A stretch of 64,000 nt of DNA from contig VXRL01000040.1 in the NCBI GenBank assembly GCA_009838515.1, positions 221,348-285,347 on the forward strand. Direction: 5' to 3'. The DNA comes from Terriglobia bacterium. Lineage in GTDB: Bacteria > Acidobacteriota > Terriglobia > Bryobacterales > UBA6623. A program made the translations under genes and the position numbers. The notes under the pieces are model-generated. The model worked only from the letters and a program-made list of their open reading frames with translations, was not told where the DNA came from and did no database searches. This document shows, one piece after another, positions 28,567 through 38,229 of the stretch. Numbering within the stretch: position 1 is the stretch's first letter; every line of letters begins with the position of its first letter.

Positions 28567-28636
28567 CGCACCGCTTGCCACCGCCAACGTAGCCGACTTC
28601 GAACGATTTGCCGCGGCCGGCCTGGCGATAGCGTAA
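28538..28636 (+). pseudogene. VapC/PIN toxin C-terminal remnant
   Basis: Frame reads (C)MIAAVALCDDAPLATANVADFERFAAAGLAIA-stop, a PIN C-terminal motif; the N-terminal two thirds are absent. Confidence 0.7.
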
Positions 28637-28794
28637 GGTCGGGGCACTTGCACGAGCAGCTCCTTGTTGCGGATCGGTCCGAATCTCAAATCTCAATGGC
28701 GCAACGCGACTAGCGCGGTGCGGACCGGCGGCTAGGTGGAACTGTGACCGTCAAGAATCCATTGGCTATACTGGCACTTCGCGTTGGGTCCATA

Positions 28795-29145
28795 ATGCCC
28801 GCCCCAGACATCGAGTCTGTTCTATCGTCCCGCCCACGTGGATCCTGCACAGGCATGGCGCGCGCGTTCGAAGCCGTCGCAGTTGCCTTGCCAGCCCAGG
28901 GAGCACCAGGCTTCTTCGCCGACGAGAAGGACGCCACTTCAGCGGCACGGCTCGGCGGCACGCCACCCATGGCCGCCTCGGGCGGATCGGCTCCCGAACT
29001 GATCGTCCATGATCTTCATCATCATGTGCAGTCGTCCGGCTTCGGTCGGGCGCCAGAGCCAGAACCCATTACCGAGAACGCCTATTTCCCGCTCACGCCT
29101 GGCTTGCGGCAGGCTCAGCCGCCTCGGATCTCGGCCATTCAATGA
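28795..29145 (+). pseudogene. ispH: Internally deleted, diverged ispH (HMBPP reductase) remnant, still in frame
   Basis: VLSSRPRGSCTGMARAFEAV resembles the IspH N-terminus (PRGFCAGVxRAI); ASGGSAPELIV...ENAYFPL resembles its C-terminus (TAGASAPE...ENVxFxL); only 116 aa; ATGA overlap with shc. Confidence 0.7.
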
Positions 29146-31115
29146 AGCTAGACGCTGGTCGAGACAGTAGGGCCGCAATCGCACGGCCGCCTGTTGAAAA
29201 TCTCGCCATCCGAGCCGAGCAGGCAGTAGACGCAGCCTGCAACTACCTGCTCAATCGGCAGACTTCCGGGGGTTATTGGGTAGGTGAAGTTGAAGGCGAT
29301 ACCACACTGGAGTCGGACTACGTGTTGCTGCAACTCTGGCTGCACGAGCCCGGCGGCGACGGGACTTGGAATCCGCCAACACGCTCGCTGGTGGATGCGG
29401 CCTGCAACCGTATTGCGGACCAGCAACTCGAAGACGGCGGCTGGAACATTTATCCTCAAGGACCGGCAAATATCAACGCGTCTGTAAAGGCCTACAGCGC
29501 CCTGAAGCTGGGAGGTCACGGCCAGTACTCCGAGCAACTTCGGCGCGCCGCGAAACGCATCGTGGATCTCGGTGGCGTGGAAGCAGCCAACAGCTACACC
29601 AAGCTCTATCTGAGCTACTTCGACCTCTACCCGCGCTCGGACGTGCCGTCCATCCCGCCGGAGATTTTCCTGCTCCCGGCAGGGCATCAGTTCGGCATCT
29701 ATTCCATCTCGTCGTGGAGCCGTGCGATGCTTGCACCGCTTTCGATTCTCGGCGCGACTCGAGCTCGGCGGCGGGCGCCGATAGGCTTTTCGCTCGAAGA
29801 ACTGTTTTCGGGCCGCGCCGCGCCGGCGCCAGCACTTCTCAGCTGGAAGCGCTTCTTCCTGCTGCTCGACAAGGCGATCAAGTTTCTCGAGTCCACCGCA
29901 GCCGGACGCCACCGCGAGCTGGGCATCGAAGCAGCGCGCGATTGGATGGTCGCCCGGCTGGAGCGATCCGACGGCCTGGGCGCGATCTTTCCGGCCATGG
30001 TGAATTCGATCATGGCCCTGACGCAGCTGGGATACGACTCGAGCCACCCCCTGTTTCGGGCCCAGCTGGCGCATTTCGACAATCTGATCCTGCACGACGA
30101 ACGTGGATTTCGGGTGCAACCGTGCCATTCGCCGGTGTGGGACACCGCCTTGACGACCCACGCAATCGGCGCGGCCAAGGCCCGGCTCGGCGATCCGGCG
30201 CGCTGGGCGTTGGGCCGCGCAGCCGACTGGCTGCTTGCCAAGCAGGCGAGCACGCCGGGCGACTGGGCCGTGCGCAATCCGCAGGCCGCACCTGGCGGGT
30301 GGTTCTTCGAATACCGCAACGATCACTATCCCGACACCGACGACACAGCGGAGGTGCTGCTCGCGCTGGAGCACACCTCTGCCACGGATCCTCAGCGGCA
30401 GCTCCGCGCAGAAGAGCGGGCGTTGGAGTGGCTCGCAGCCATGCAGTCGTCCGACGGCGGCTGGGCAGCCTTCGATGTCGACAGTTGCACAGCAATCCTC
30501 AACCACGTGCCGTTCGCCGACCACAACGCGATGCTGGATCCGAGTTGCGTCGATATCACGGGCCGGGTCTTGGAAACCTTGTGCCGGCGGGCTCCGGGAC
30601 GCTATCGAGAGCGCGTCCTGCGCGGCGTAGAGTATATCCGCCGCGCGCAGCATGAGGACGGTTGTTGGTACGGGCGCTGGGGCGTGAATTACATCTACGG
30701 CACCTGTTTCGCTCTGCGCGGTTTGCGGGCCGCGGGAGTGCTGCCGTGGGACAGCGCAGTGATCCGTGCCGGAGAGTGGGTGCGCTCGCTCCAAAACGCC
30801 GATGGCGGGTGGGGCGAATCACCCGACAGTTACGACGATCCAGCCCTCAGAGCCCGCGGCGAATCGACGCCATCGCAGACCGCTTGGGCGCTGATGGCAC
30901 TGCTGGCGAGCGAAGACTGCGAAAGCGGCTCGGTCGCGGACGGCGTGCGCTACCTGCTCGAGCGCCAGACCCCCCAGGGCACCTGGGCCGAGCGGGCCCA
31001 TACGGGAACTGGTTTTCCAAGCGTGTTCTACTTGCGCTATCACATGTACCCGCAGTACTTTCCCTTGATGGCGCTTGGCGAATACGCCCGCAAGAAGGGA
31101 GTCGCGCAGGCATGA
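29142..31115 (+). CDS. shc: Squalene-hopene cyclase
   Basis: PDTDDTA catalytic motif, QxxDGGW repeats, GRWGVNYIYGT, TGTGFP. Confidence 0.95.
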   Translation: MKLDAGRDSRAAIARPPVENLAIRAEQAVDAACNYLLNRQTSGGYWVGEVEGDTTLESDYVLLQLWLHEPGGDGTWNPPTRSLVDAACNRIADQQLEDGGWNIYPQGPANINASVKAYSALKLGGHGQYSEQLRRAAKRIVDLGGVEAANSYTKLYLSYFDLYPRSDVPSIPPEIFLLPAGHQFGIYSISSWSRAMLAPLSILGATRARRRAPIGFSLEELFSGRAAPAPALLSWKRFFLLLDKAIKFLESTAAGRHRELGIEAARDWMVARLERSDGLGAIFPAMVNSIMALTQLGYDSSHPLFRAQLAHFDNLILHDERGFRVQPCHSPVWDTALTTHAIGAAKARLGDPARWALGRAADWLLAKQASTPGDWAVRNPQAAPGGWFFEYRNDHYPDTDDTAEVLLALEHTSATDPQRQLRAEERALEWLAAMQSSDGGWAAFDVDSCTAILNHVPFADHNAMLDPSCVDITGRVLETLCRRAPGRYRERVLRGVEYIRRAQHEDGCWYGRWGVNYIYGTCFALRGLRAAGVLPWDSAVIRAGEWVRSLQNADGGWGESPDSYDDPALRARGESTPSQTAWALMALLASEDCESGSVADGVRYLLERQTPQGTWAERAHTGTGFPSVFYLRYHMYPQYFPLMALGEYARKKGVAQA

Positions 31116-32215
31116 GACTTCCCCTGTCGAGCACGCTGCGCATGGGCGCGTACGTCGCCAAGAACACACTCTTTCCAAGACCGGAGTGGCAGCGCGATCC
31201 CGCCCCCCGTAACAGCCCGTTTCCGATCCTGCCCGCGGTCCCGCGGCACGGCGCCCGATCGCAGCCACACCCGATGCTGCGGAAGCGCTTTCCCTTGGTA
31301 TTGATGCTGGAACCGCTCCACGCCTGCAATCTCACCTGCACGGGCTGCGGACGAATCCGGGAGTACGAGGACACGATCACCACGAAGCTGGAGCTGGAGC
31401 AGTGTCTCGCGGCGATCGACGAATGCCGCGCGCCGGTCGTGTCGATCTGCGGCGGCGAGCCGCTGATGTACAAGCCGATCGGAAGACTTGTCGAAGGCGC
31501 CATCAGGCGCAGGCGGCATATCTATCTCTGCACGAACGGCATGTTCATCCAGGCGCGATTGCACGAATTCCGCCCGCACAAGCGCTTCTTCTTCAACGTC
31601 CACCTCGACGGTCTGCGCGAGACGCACGATCTGGCGGTGGAGCGTGACGGCGTATTCGACGAAGCTGTCGCAGGCATCCGCGCCGCCAAGACGGCAGGCC
31701 ACATGGTTTGCACCAACACGACGGTTTACCGCGAGACCGACATGCGCGAAGTCGAGGCCCTGTTCGAGTACCTGCGGCAGTTCGACGTCGATGGCCACAT
31801 GCTCTCCCCGGCCTACGGGTATTCGGCCGTCAAGAGCCGAGAGATCTTTCTCACGCGGGAAGACATCCAGGAGAAGTTCAAGGACGTGGACTCGTTGTTC
31901 CGGCGGTTCCGCATGAACACGACACCCATCTACGCAGAATTCCTCAAGGGACAGAGGGACATGCCCTGCACCGCTTGGGGAAATCCGACCTACAACACCC
32001 GAGGCTGGAAGGGGCCGTGCTACCTGATCACCGACGCGCACTGGGACAGCTTCGAGGAACTGATGAGCGAAACGCCTTGGGATCGCTACGGGCGCGGAAA
32101 CGACGATCGCTGCGAGCACTGTATGGTGCATTGCGGCTACGAGCCGTCCGCCGCGCTGGGGGTAAACAGCCGGCTGGCAGACAGCCTGCGAATGTTGCGC
32201 TGGGCACTGAGCTGA
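31112..32215 (+). CDS. hpnH: Adenosyl-hopene transferase, radical SAM
   Basis: PLVLMLEPLHACNLTCTGCGRI, GGEP, CTAWGNPT, CEHCMVHCGYE; ATGA overlap with shc. Confidence 0.92.
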   Translation: MRLPLSSTLRMGAYVAKNTLFPRPEWQRDPAPRNSPFPILPAVPRHGARSQPHPMLRKRFPLVLMLEPLHACNLTCTGCGRIREYEDTITTKLELEQCLAAIDECRAPVVSICGGEPLMYKPIGRLVEGAIRRRRHIYLCTNGMFIQARLHEFRPHKRFFFNVHLDGLRETHDLAVERDGVFDEAVAGIRAAKTAGHMVCTNTTVYRETDMREVEALFEYLRQFDVDGHMLSPAYGYSAVKSREIFLTREDIQEKFKDVDSLFRRFRMNTTPIYAEFLKGQRDMPCTAWGNPTYNTRGWKGPCYLITDAHWDSFEELMSETPWDRYGRGNDDRCEHCMVHCGYEPSAALGVNSRLADSLRMLRWALS

Positions 32216-32258
32216 CGGGGACCCACAACGACTCTCGGCTGGGCGACACTGAATCAAG

Positions 32259-33293
32259 ATGAAGGCCCTGGTATTGAACGAATACAGGCAGCTCGACCTC
32301 GAGGAGGTGCCGGAGCCGCGAATCGAGCCGGACGAGGTCTTGATCCGGGTGCGCTCGTGCGGGATCTGCGGCAGCGACGTCCATGGCTACGACGGCAGCA
32401 GCGGCCGTCGCATACCCCCGCTGATCATGGGGCACGAAGCCGCCGGCGAGATCGCGCAAGTCGGCGCTGCAGTGCGGTCCTTCGATCCGGGTGACCGCGT
32501 TACGTTCGACTCGATGATCTGCTGCCGCAACTGCGCCTTCTGTCGCACAGGCCGCCCCAACCTTTGCGAGAACCGCCGCGTGCTGGGAGTGTCGTGCGAA
32601 GACTATCGGCGCCACGGCGCTTTCGCGGAGTACGTCTCGGTTCCGCAGCACATCGTGTTCCGCATACCGGAAGCGGTCGACTTTGACGAAGCGGCGATGG
32701 TCGAGCCGGTCTCCGTAGCGGTCCATGCCGTTGGCCGCACCCAGCCAGCCCTAGGCGATACCGCGCTCGTGATAGGGGCCGGCATGATCGGGCTGCTGAC
32801 CATGCAGGCCTTGCGCAGCGCCGGCTGTGGCCGCATCATAGCGGTCGACCTTGCGCCGGATCGCTTGGAACTGGCCAAGCACCTAGGCGCCGACCACACC
32901 ATCCAGTCCGGGGAATCCGCGGACGTGCCGGCAGCGGTCCGCGAGATGACCGGCGGCATCGGGGCGGACGTGGTGCTTGAAGCCGTGGGCGCCGATGCGA
33001 CCGTCGCGATGTCGCTGCGGAGCGTGCGCAAGGGGGGCAAGGTGACGCTGATAGGCAATGTGACTCCGACGGTCTCTTTCCCGTTGCAGGATGTGGTCAC
33101 GCGAGAAATCGACGTGCTGGGCTCATGCGCGTCGTCGAACGATTACCCGGCCTGCCTCGAATTGATGCAGCGCGGAGCCATCCAAGTTCGGCCGGTCTTG
33201 AGCGCCTCAGTGCCGCTCGAACGAGGGCCCGAGATGTTCGACCGGCTGTACGCCCGCGAGCCGGGCCTGACGAAGGTCGTGCTGCAGCCTTGA
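32259..33293 (+). CDS. Zn-dependent sugar-alcohol dehydrogenase (MDR family)
   Basis: CGICGSD, GHE, CxxCxxC..C, GAGMIG. Confidence 0.9.
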   Translation: MKALVLNEYRQLDLEEVPEPRIEPDEVLIRVRSCGICGSDVHGYDGSSGRRIPPLIMGHEAAGEIAQVGAAVRSFDPGDRVTFDSMICCRNCAFCRTGRPNLCENRRVLGVSCEDYRRHGAFAEYVSVPQHIVFRIPEAVDFDEAAMVEPVSVAVHAVGRTQPALGDTALVIGAGMIGLLTMQALRSAGCGRIIAVDLAPDRLELAKHLGADHTIQSGESADVPAAVREMTGGIGADVVLEAVGADATVAMSLRSVRKGGKVTLIGNVTPTVSFPLQDVVTREIDVLGSCASSNDYPACLELMQRGAIQVRPVLSASVPLERGPEMFDRLYAREPGLTKVVLQP

Positions 33294-34210
33294 CGGGCGC
33301 CCAATCCACAACACTAACCACCACCTTGGGGCTGGTGCAAATGACGTGCGGGCCCGATCCAGCGGCGAATCTGGACAAGGCACTGCTGGCGATCGGCGAA
33401 GCCGCTGGGCGCGGCGCGCAGGTGGTCTGCCTGCCCGAACTGTTCCTGACCCAGTACTTCTGCCAAGAGCAGAACCCGGACAATTTCGAATTGGCGGAGA
33501 AGATACCAGGGCCTACTACCGAAGCGCTTGCGAGGGCGGCTCGCAGCCATGGCATCGTGATCGTGGGCTCGGTATTCGAGCGCCGCGCAGCCGGAATCTA
33601 CCACAACTCGGCCGTAGTCATCGACACCGACGGGAGCCTGCTGGGAACGTATCGCAAGATGCACATCCCCGACGACCCGCTGTACTACGAGAAGTACTAC
33701 TTCACGCCCGGCGATCTGGGATTCAGGTCCTTCCCGACCAAGTTCGGTCGAATCGCACCGCTGATCTGCTGGGACCAGTGGTTCCCGGAAGCAGCGCGCT
33801 TGGCGGCGCTCTCCGGTGCGGAGTTCCTGATCTTCCCTACGGCCATAGGCTGGCACCCGCGCGAAAAGGACAGATGGGGCGAACGCCAGTGGGAGGCTTG
33901 GAGCATCGCCCAACGCGCCCACGGGATTGCAAACGGCGCATTTGTCGCAGCAATCAATCGCTCGGGAACGGAGCGCATCCTCGATAGCTCGCCGTCGCAG
34001 CCACCGGGCTACGCCGGTTTGGAGTTTTGGGGCAGGTCGTTCGTGTCGGACCCATTCGGCTCGATCCTGGCAGAGGCGGGCAGCGCTGAAGAAGTGTTGC
34101 TCGCAAGATGCGACCGGACGGAAATCGAACAGACACGGCGTGACTGGCCATTCCTGCGAGACCGGAGGATTGACGCTTACGGCCAGCTGACTCGGAGATC
34201 CAGCGAGTGA
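33290..34210 (+). CDS. aguB: N-carbamoylputrescine amidase (nitrilase family)
   Basis: LPELF, YRKMHIPDDPLYYEKYYF, ICWDQWFPEAAR; adjacent to agmatine deiminase. Confidence 0.85.
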   Translation: MTGAQSTTLTTTLGLVQMTCGPDPAANLDKALLAIGEAAGRGAQVVCLPELFLTQYFCQEQNPDNFELAEKIPGPTTEALARAARSHGIVIVGSVFERRAAGIYHNSAVVIDTDGSLLGTYRKMHIPDDPLYYEKYYFTPGDLGFRSFPTKFGRIAPLICWDQWFPEAARLAALSGAEFLIFPTAIGWHPREKDRWGERQWEAWSIAQRAHGIANGAFVAAINRSGTERILDSSPSQPPGYAGLEFWGRSFVSDPFGSILAEAGSAEEVLLARCDRTEIEQTRRDWPFLRDRRIDAYGQLTRRSSE

Positions 34211-35280
34211 GCGAGGCTGCGGACAGTGCCACTCGCCTGCCTGCCGAGTGGGAACCGCACGAAGCCACTTGGCTGGCTTATCCGCACTCGCTAAGCGACT
34301 GGCCGGGAAAGCTGTCGGCAGTGCGCTGGGCGTTCGCCGAATTCGTACGCCTGCTGAGCGGCGGCGAGCGGGTGCGACTGCTCGTCCGCCACGCGCGGGA
34401 GGCCGAGAGGGCGCGCAGCGTGCTCAGGCGCAGCGGCGCGGATCCAGACCGTGTGGAGCTGCACCTGGTGACAACAGACCGATCTTGGCTGCGCGACTCG
34501 GGTCCGACGTTCGTATTCCGGGAGGGCCAGCTCCATGGTGTGTGCTGGGCGTTCAATGCCTGGGGCCGCTACGCCAATTGGCAGGCTGACCGCAATGTCG
34601 GCCGCTACGTAGCGAACGCGTCCGGTGCCGCCGTCCTGGAGCCCAAGGTGAACGGCCGGATCGTCGTGATGGAAGGCGGCTCGGTCGATAGCAACGGCCG
34701 CGGCACGATACTGGCCACCGAGCAGTGCCTGTTGGGGAGCGGGCGCCACGCCCGCAATCCGGGGCTATCGCGAAGCGCCGTCGAGCGCGTGCTGGGCGAC
34801 TCCCTCGGAGCGACGAACGTGCTCTGGCTTGGCCACGGGATCGCAGGCGACGACACCGGCGGGCATGTCGACACCTTGGCCCGCTTCGTTGGTCGCAACC
34901 GAGTCGCGGCAATCGTCGAGACCGACCGCCGAGACGAGAACTATGCAGCCTTGCAAGACAATCTGCGCAGATTGCGGGGGATGCGGGACGAGCGCGGGCG
35001 GGCACTCGAGGTCGTCGAACTGCCAATGCCCCGACCTCTATGGTTTGACGGTTGCCGGCTTCCAGCCAGCTACGCGAACTTCTACGTCGCCAACGGTACC
35101 GTGCTAGTGCCGACCTTCAACGACACCAACGATGCGGCGGCGCTACGTATATTGCGGGAGTGCTTTCCGGATCGCGAGGTGCTGGGCGTGCATTGCGTGG
35201 ACATCGCACTCGGACTGGGCACGCTGCACTGCCTAGCGCAGCAACAGCCCCGCTCTCCCGAGCGCAGCCGCGGCGGATGA
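34207..35280 (+). CDS. aguA: Agmatine deiminase
   Basis: PAEWEPH, WLRDSGP, MEGGS, DDTGGHVD, ASYANFY, GTLHC. Confidence 0.92.
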   Translation: MSEAADSATRLPAEWEPHEATWLAYPHSLSDWPGKLSAVRWAFAEFVRLLSGGERVRLLVRHAREAERARSVLRRSGADPDRVELHLVTTDRSWLRDSGPTFVFREGQLHGVCWAFNAWGRYANWQADRNVGRYVANASGAAVLEPKVNGRIVVMEGGSVDSNGRGTILATEQCLLGSGRHARNPGLSRSAVERVLGDSLGATNVLWLGHGIAGDDTGGHVDTLARFVGRNRVAAIVETDRRDENYAALQDNLRRLRGMRDERGRALEVVELPMPRPLWFDGCRLPASYANFYVANGTVLVPTFNDTNDAAALRILRECFPDREVLGVHCVDIALGLGTLHCLAQQQPRSPERSRGG

Positions 35281-35443
35281 CGTGGCAGGTTGGAGATCGA
35301 GCATTCGAAAGCCCGGTAGCCCGGAACTGGACCCTCGTACGGGCCTATGTGGAGGACTCGAACGATGATCGCTTTCGCCTAGTGCCGCGCCGGAAAGCCG
35401 GCAAAGGCACTGGGCGGGCTCGCGCTGCGTACAGTCCGCGACT

Positions 35444-35872
35444 CTACCGAAGTGGGTTCTCCCACTCCAAGCCGTGAAAGCGTGCAAAGTCCCCGTCCGT
35501 CGAGCACAGCTGGAGTCCGTGTTCGATGGCGAGTGCGGCGAGGTGGGCGTCGGGCACGAGATTCGCGCGGCTCGCCGTGTCCGCGAGAAGCGGTCCCAGA
35601 ACCTGCTGGTGGCGCTCGGTCGGCAGTGGAATCCAGACCGACTTCGCTGCCAACCACGACTCCACCTGGCCCCAAGCGGCAGACACCGCCACGGGTCGAT
35701 CGAAGATGCGGGGATTGCTGACGATCCGCACGAACGCCAGCAGACTGGGCCAAGGAAGTCCCACCGGAGCGGCCCCATTGATTCGGTCGTCCAACCACGC
35801 GCGCGCCTTCTCATGCTGCGCAAACGAGGTCACGTGCGCATAGACCAGCAGATTGGCGTCGACGAGGATCAC
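35444..35872 (-). CDS. vapC: VapC/PIN toxin (intact)
   Basis: MILVDANLLVYA...ANLVPDAHLAALAIEHG..STDGDFARF. Confidence 0.9.
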   Translation of the reverse strand: MILVDANLLVYAHVTSFAQHEKARAWLDDRINGAAPVGLPWPSLLAFVRIVSNPRIFDRPVAVSAAWGQVESWLAAKSVWIPLPTERHQQVLGPLLADTASRANLVPDAHLAALAIEHGLQLCSTDGDFARFHGLEWENPLR

Positions 35873-36117
35873 TGGAACTGCTCACCGTCTGCGACGGCGA
35901 GAACCTCGGCCACGTCATCCAGACTGCCGAACCGGCATCGGCCGAGATCGACTCCTGGCGTCCGGTAGACCTCCGGCTGGCCCGGTGGCTCCGCCATCAT
36001 GCGCAGACCCTGGCGCAGGGCGTCGTTGATGATCGACTTGAGGGTTTGGTTGCGCACGCGCCGCATGCGGTTCACTAGGCTGGCCACGTCAGGAGCCAGC
36101 GTCAGCGTCGTTCTCAT
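35869..36117 (-). CDS. vapB: VapB antitoxin
   Basis: MRTTLTLAPDVA...IINDALRQGL; 4-nt overlap with vapC. Confidence 0.85.
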   Translation of the reverse strand: MRTTLTLAPDVASLVNRMRRVRNQTLKSIINDALRQGLRMMAEPPGQPEVYRTPGVDLGRCRFGSLDDVAEVLAVADGEQFQ

Positions 36118-36124
36118 ACATCGG

Positions 36125-36154
36125 AGCATAGAGGTTATGATGTCTTGATGTCAA
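36125..36154 (-). promoter_or_regulatory. Sigma70-type promoter/operator of vapBC
   Basis: TTGACA-N18-TATGCT ending 7 nt before the ATG; tandem GACATCA repeats overlapping the -35 and spacer. Confidence 0.6.
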
Positions 36155-36527
36155 CATGGTCGAGCACACATTGTTTCCGCGCATCGTATGCATCGGTGGC
36201 GTTGTACGCGTGGGCGGGATGAGCGGTCGACCCCGTGTGTCGCATCATCCCGCTCAGCGGCGCGCGTCTTGTTGTCGCTCCCAGAAGTTTCTTGATGCTT
36301 CGCAGCACTGCCTCTCCCAATGGGACAGCAAGCAACGGCACGCCGTCGCCACTGCTGGCACGGAGCTCTAGTTGTTGGGGCCGGTCAGCTGCGATGTCTC
36401 TACCTGCAGAGCGGTGCGACTCTCGCCCCACCGTCGGCAGCCCGGCCCCGACGAAGCTGGCAAGCACCCGCCCGCGCGATCCGAATGCCGTGCGTGGGTC
36501 GGGTGATAATGTTGAAGGCGCGGGGCA

Positions 36528-36555
36528 CAACCTTTAAGGTGGGTGGCGCGTCTAA
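36528..36555 (+). promoter_or_regulatory. ECF-sigma-type promoter upstream of degP
   Basis: CAACCTT...CGTCTAA (AAC-N17-CGT) immediately upstream of ATG 36562. Confidence 0.5.
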
Positions 36556-36561
36556 ACGAAC

Positions 36562-38109
36562 ATGCGAATCATTGTCGAACGCCTCCAACACTCCGGGCTG
36601 CTTCCGGTAGCGCTGATCTTCGGCACTCTCACCGCCGGAATCTTGATCGGCACGATCATCTCGGGATCGGTTGATGCCGCGCCTGAGACTGACGAGCCCG
36701 TCTCCGATGCCACGCCACTCAAAGTGCCTGCCGCCGAACGGGTTGAGAACCAGTTCTCCGAGCTGGCCCAGAAGGTGCGCCCTTCGGTCGTCAGCATCTA
36801 CATTCCCGCCAGTCGCGCCGACGAAGAAGACGACGACTCGGGTCCGTTTAGTTCTCCAGAGGACATGTTTCGCAGGTTCTTCGGAATCCCAGAGGGGCCG
36901 ATGCCTCCGCCGCGCCGACGCGGCTCCGGCCAGGGCTCTGGAGTGATCGTCGACCCGAAGGGATACATCATCACGAACCACCATGTCGTGGCCGACGCAG
37001 AGCGCATCCGCGTGTCGTTCGTCGATGACGACGAGCGCTATGACGCGACCTTGATCGGGGCCGATGCAGAGACGGACCTGGCTGTCATCCATGTCAAGGG
37101 CAAGACTGGCCTGCAGGCGGCCAAGATCGGCAACTCCGATGCAGCCAACGTTGGCGACTGGGCCATCGCTATCGGATCGCCGTTCGGGTATAGCGAGACG
37201 GTCACGGTGGGAATCATCAGTGCCTTGTCCCGGGAGATGAACGCCGCCCGGGGAGGCCGGCCCTTCCAGAAGTTCTTGCAGACTGACGCGGCGATCAACC
37301 CAGGCAATAGCGGCGGACCTCTGCTCAACATCCGCGGCGAGGTCATCGGGATCAACACGGCGATTATCTCCCGTACCGGTGGCTACGACGGCATCGGATT
37401 TGCCCTCGCATCCAATATCGCCGTCAAGACCTATAACCAGATCGTTCGCTTCGGGCGCGTGTCGCGCGGCTCCATAGGCGTGGAGTTCAGCGGGGACCAG
37501 AGTCCTTCGCTGAGTCGGAGCTACGGTGCGGACGGCGGCGTGTTCGTCTTACGCACGGTCGAGGACGGCCCGGCGGAGCGGGCCGGCATGCGCGCCGAGG
37601 ACATCATCGTGTCAGTGGACGGTGAGAAGATCGACACGGGCGAGAAACTCATCGAAGTGGTCGCGGCAATCTCGGTAGGCGAAACCGTACCAATCGAGGT
37701 CGTTCGGGATGGCAAGACCCTGACGCTGGACGTCAAGATCCAAGATCGGGCCAAGCTGTATGCGGAGCAGAGCGAGGCCGAGGCCGACCCGTCGGAGGCC
37801 GAAGAGGCAGCCGTCCGATTCGGGCTGACGGTCCAAGAGATCGACCCCGAGCGGCGCGACCAGATGCGCCTGAGCCAGCGCGGCGGAGTCCTGATCACCC
37901 AGATCGAAGCGCATTCTTTCGCGGAGGACATCGGACTGCAGCAAAGGGATGTCGTGCTTGAAGTCAACCGCGAGCCGATCGATTCGATCCGAGACCTGCG
38001 CGATGTCCAGAGGAGCCTGAAGCCGGGCAGCGACGTCGCATTCAAGCTGCTGCGCTGGGACAGCCGCGCGTGGCGCACCGTGTACGAGGCGGGCCTGATA
38101 CCGAAGTAG
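36562..38109 (+). CDS. degP: Do/DegP/HtrA serine protease with two PDZ domains
   Basis: GSGVIV, TNHHV, TDLAV, QTDAAINPGNSGGPL. Confidence 0.92.
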   Translation: MRIIVERLQHSGLLPVALIFGTLTAGILIGTIISGSVDAAPETDEPVSDATPLKVPAAERVENQFSELAQKVRPSVVSIYIPASRADEEDDDSGPFSSPEDMFRRFFGIPEGPMPPPRRRGSGQGSGVIVDPKGYIITNHHVVADAERIRVSFVDDDERYDATLIGADAETDLAVIHVKGKTGLQAAKIGNSDAANVGDWAIAIGSPFGYSETVTVGIISALSREMNAARGGRPFQKFLQTDAAINPGNSGGPLLNIRGEVIGINTAIISRTGGYDGIGFALASNIAVKTYNQIVRFGRVSRGSIGVEFSGDQSPSLSRSYGADGGVFVLRTVEDGPAERAGMRAEDIIVSVDGEKIDTGEKLIEVVAAISVGETVPIEVVRDGKTLTLDVKIQDRAKLYAEQSEAEADPSEAEEAAVRFGLTVQEIDPERRDQMRLSQRGGVLITQIEAHSFAEDIGLQQRDVVLEVNREPIDSIRDLRDVQRSLKPGSDVAFKLLRWDSRAWRTVYEAGLIPK

Positions 38110-38229
38110 TCTTCCAGACCGGCGCCTCCCGCATCCCACCGTGTGGGAGGCACCCTTCGGTACCGGCCGCGCCGATCCTGAGCGGCCTCTCGGCGGGGCC
38201 CGACTATATAATGGCAGCGAGCCCCGCCT

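Noticed and set aside
29148-30794. 548-aa minus-strand ORF and other long antisense ORFs (e.g. 31040-32257, 39574-40623, 47321-48580)
   Set aside because: Typical high-GC antisense shadows of well-supported genes, with no recognisable motifs.
36135-36530. Short ORFs between vapB and degP
   Set aside because: No motifs or coding bias; better explained as a divergent promoter region.
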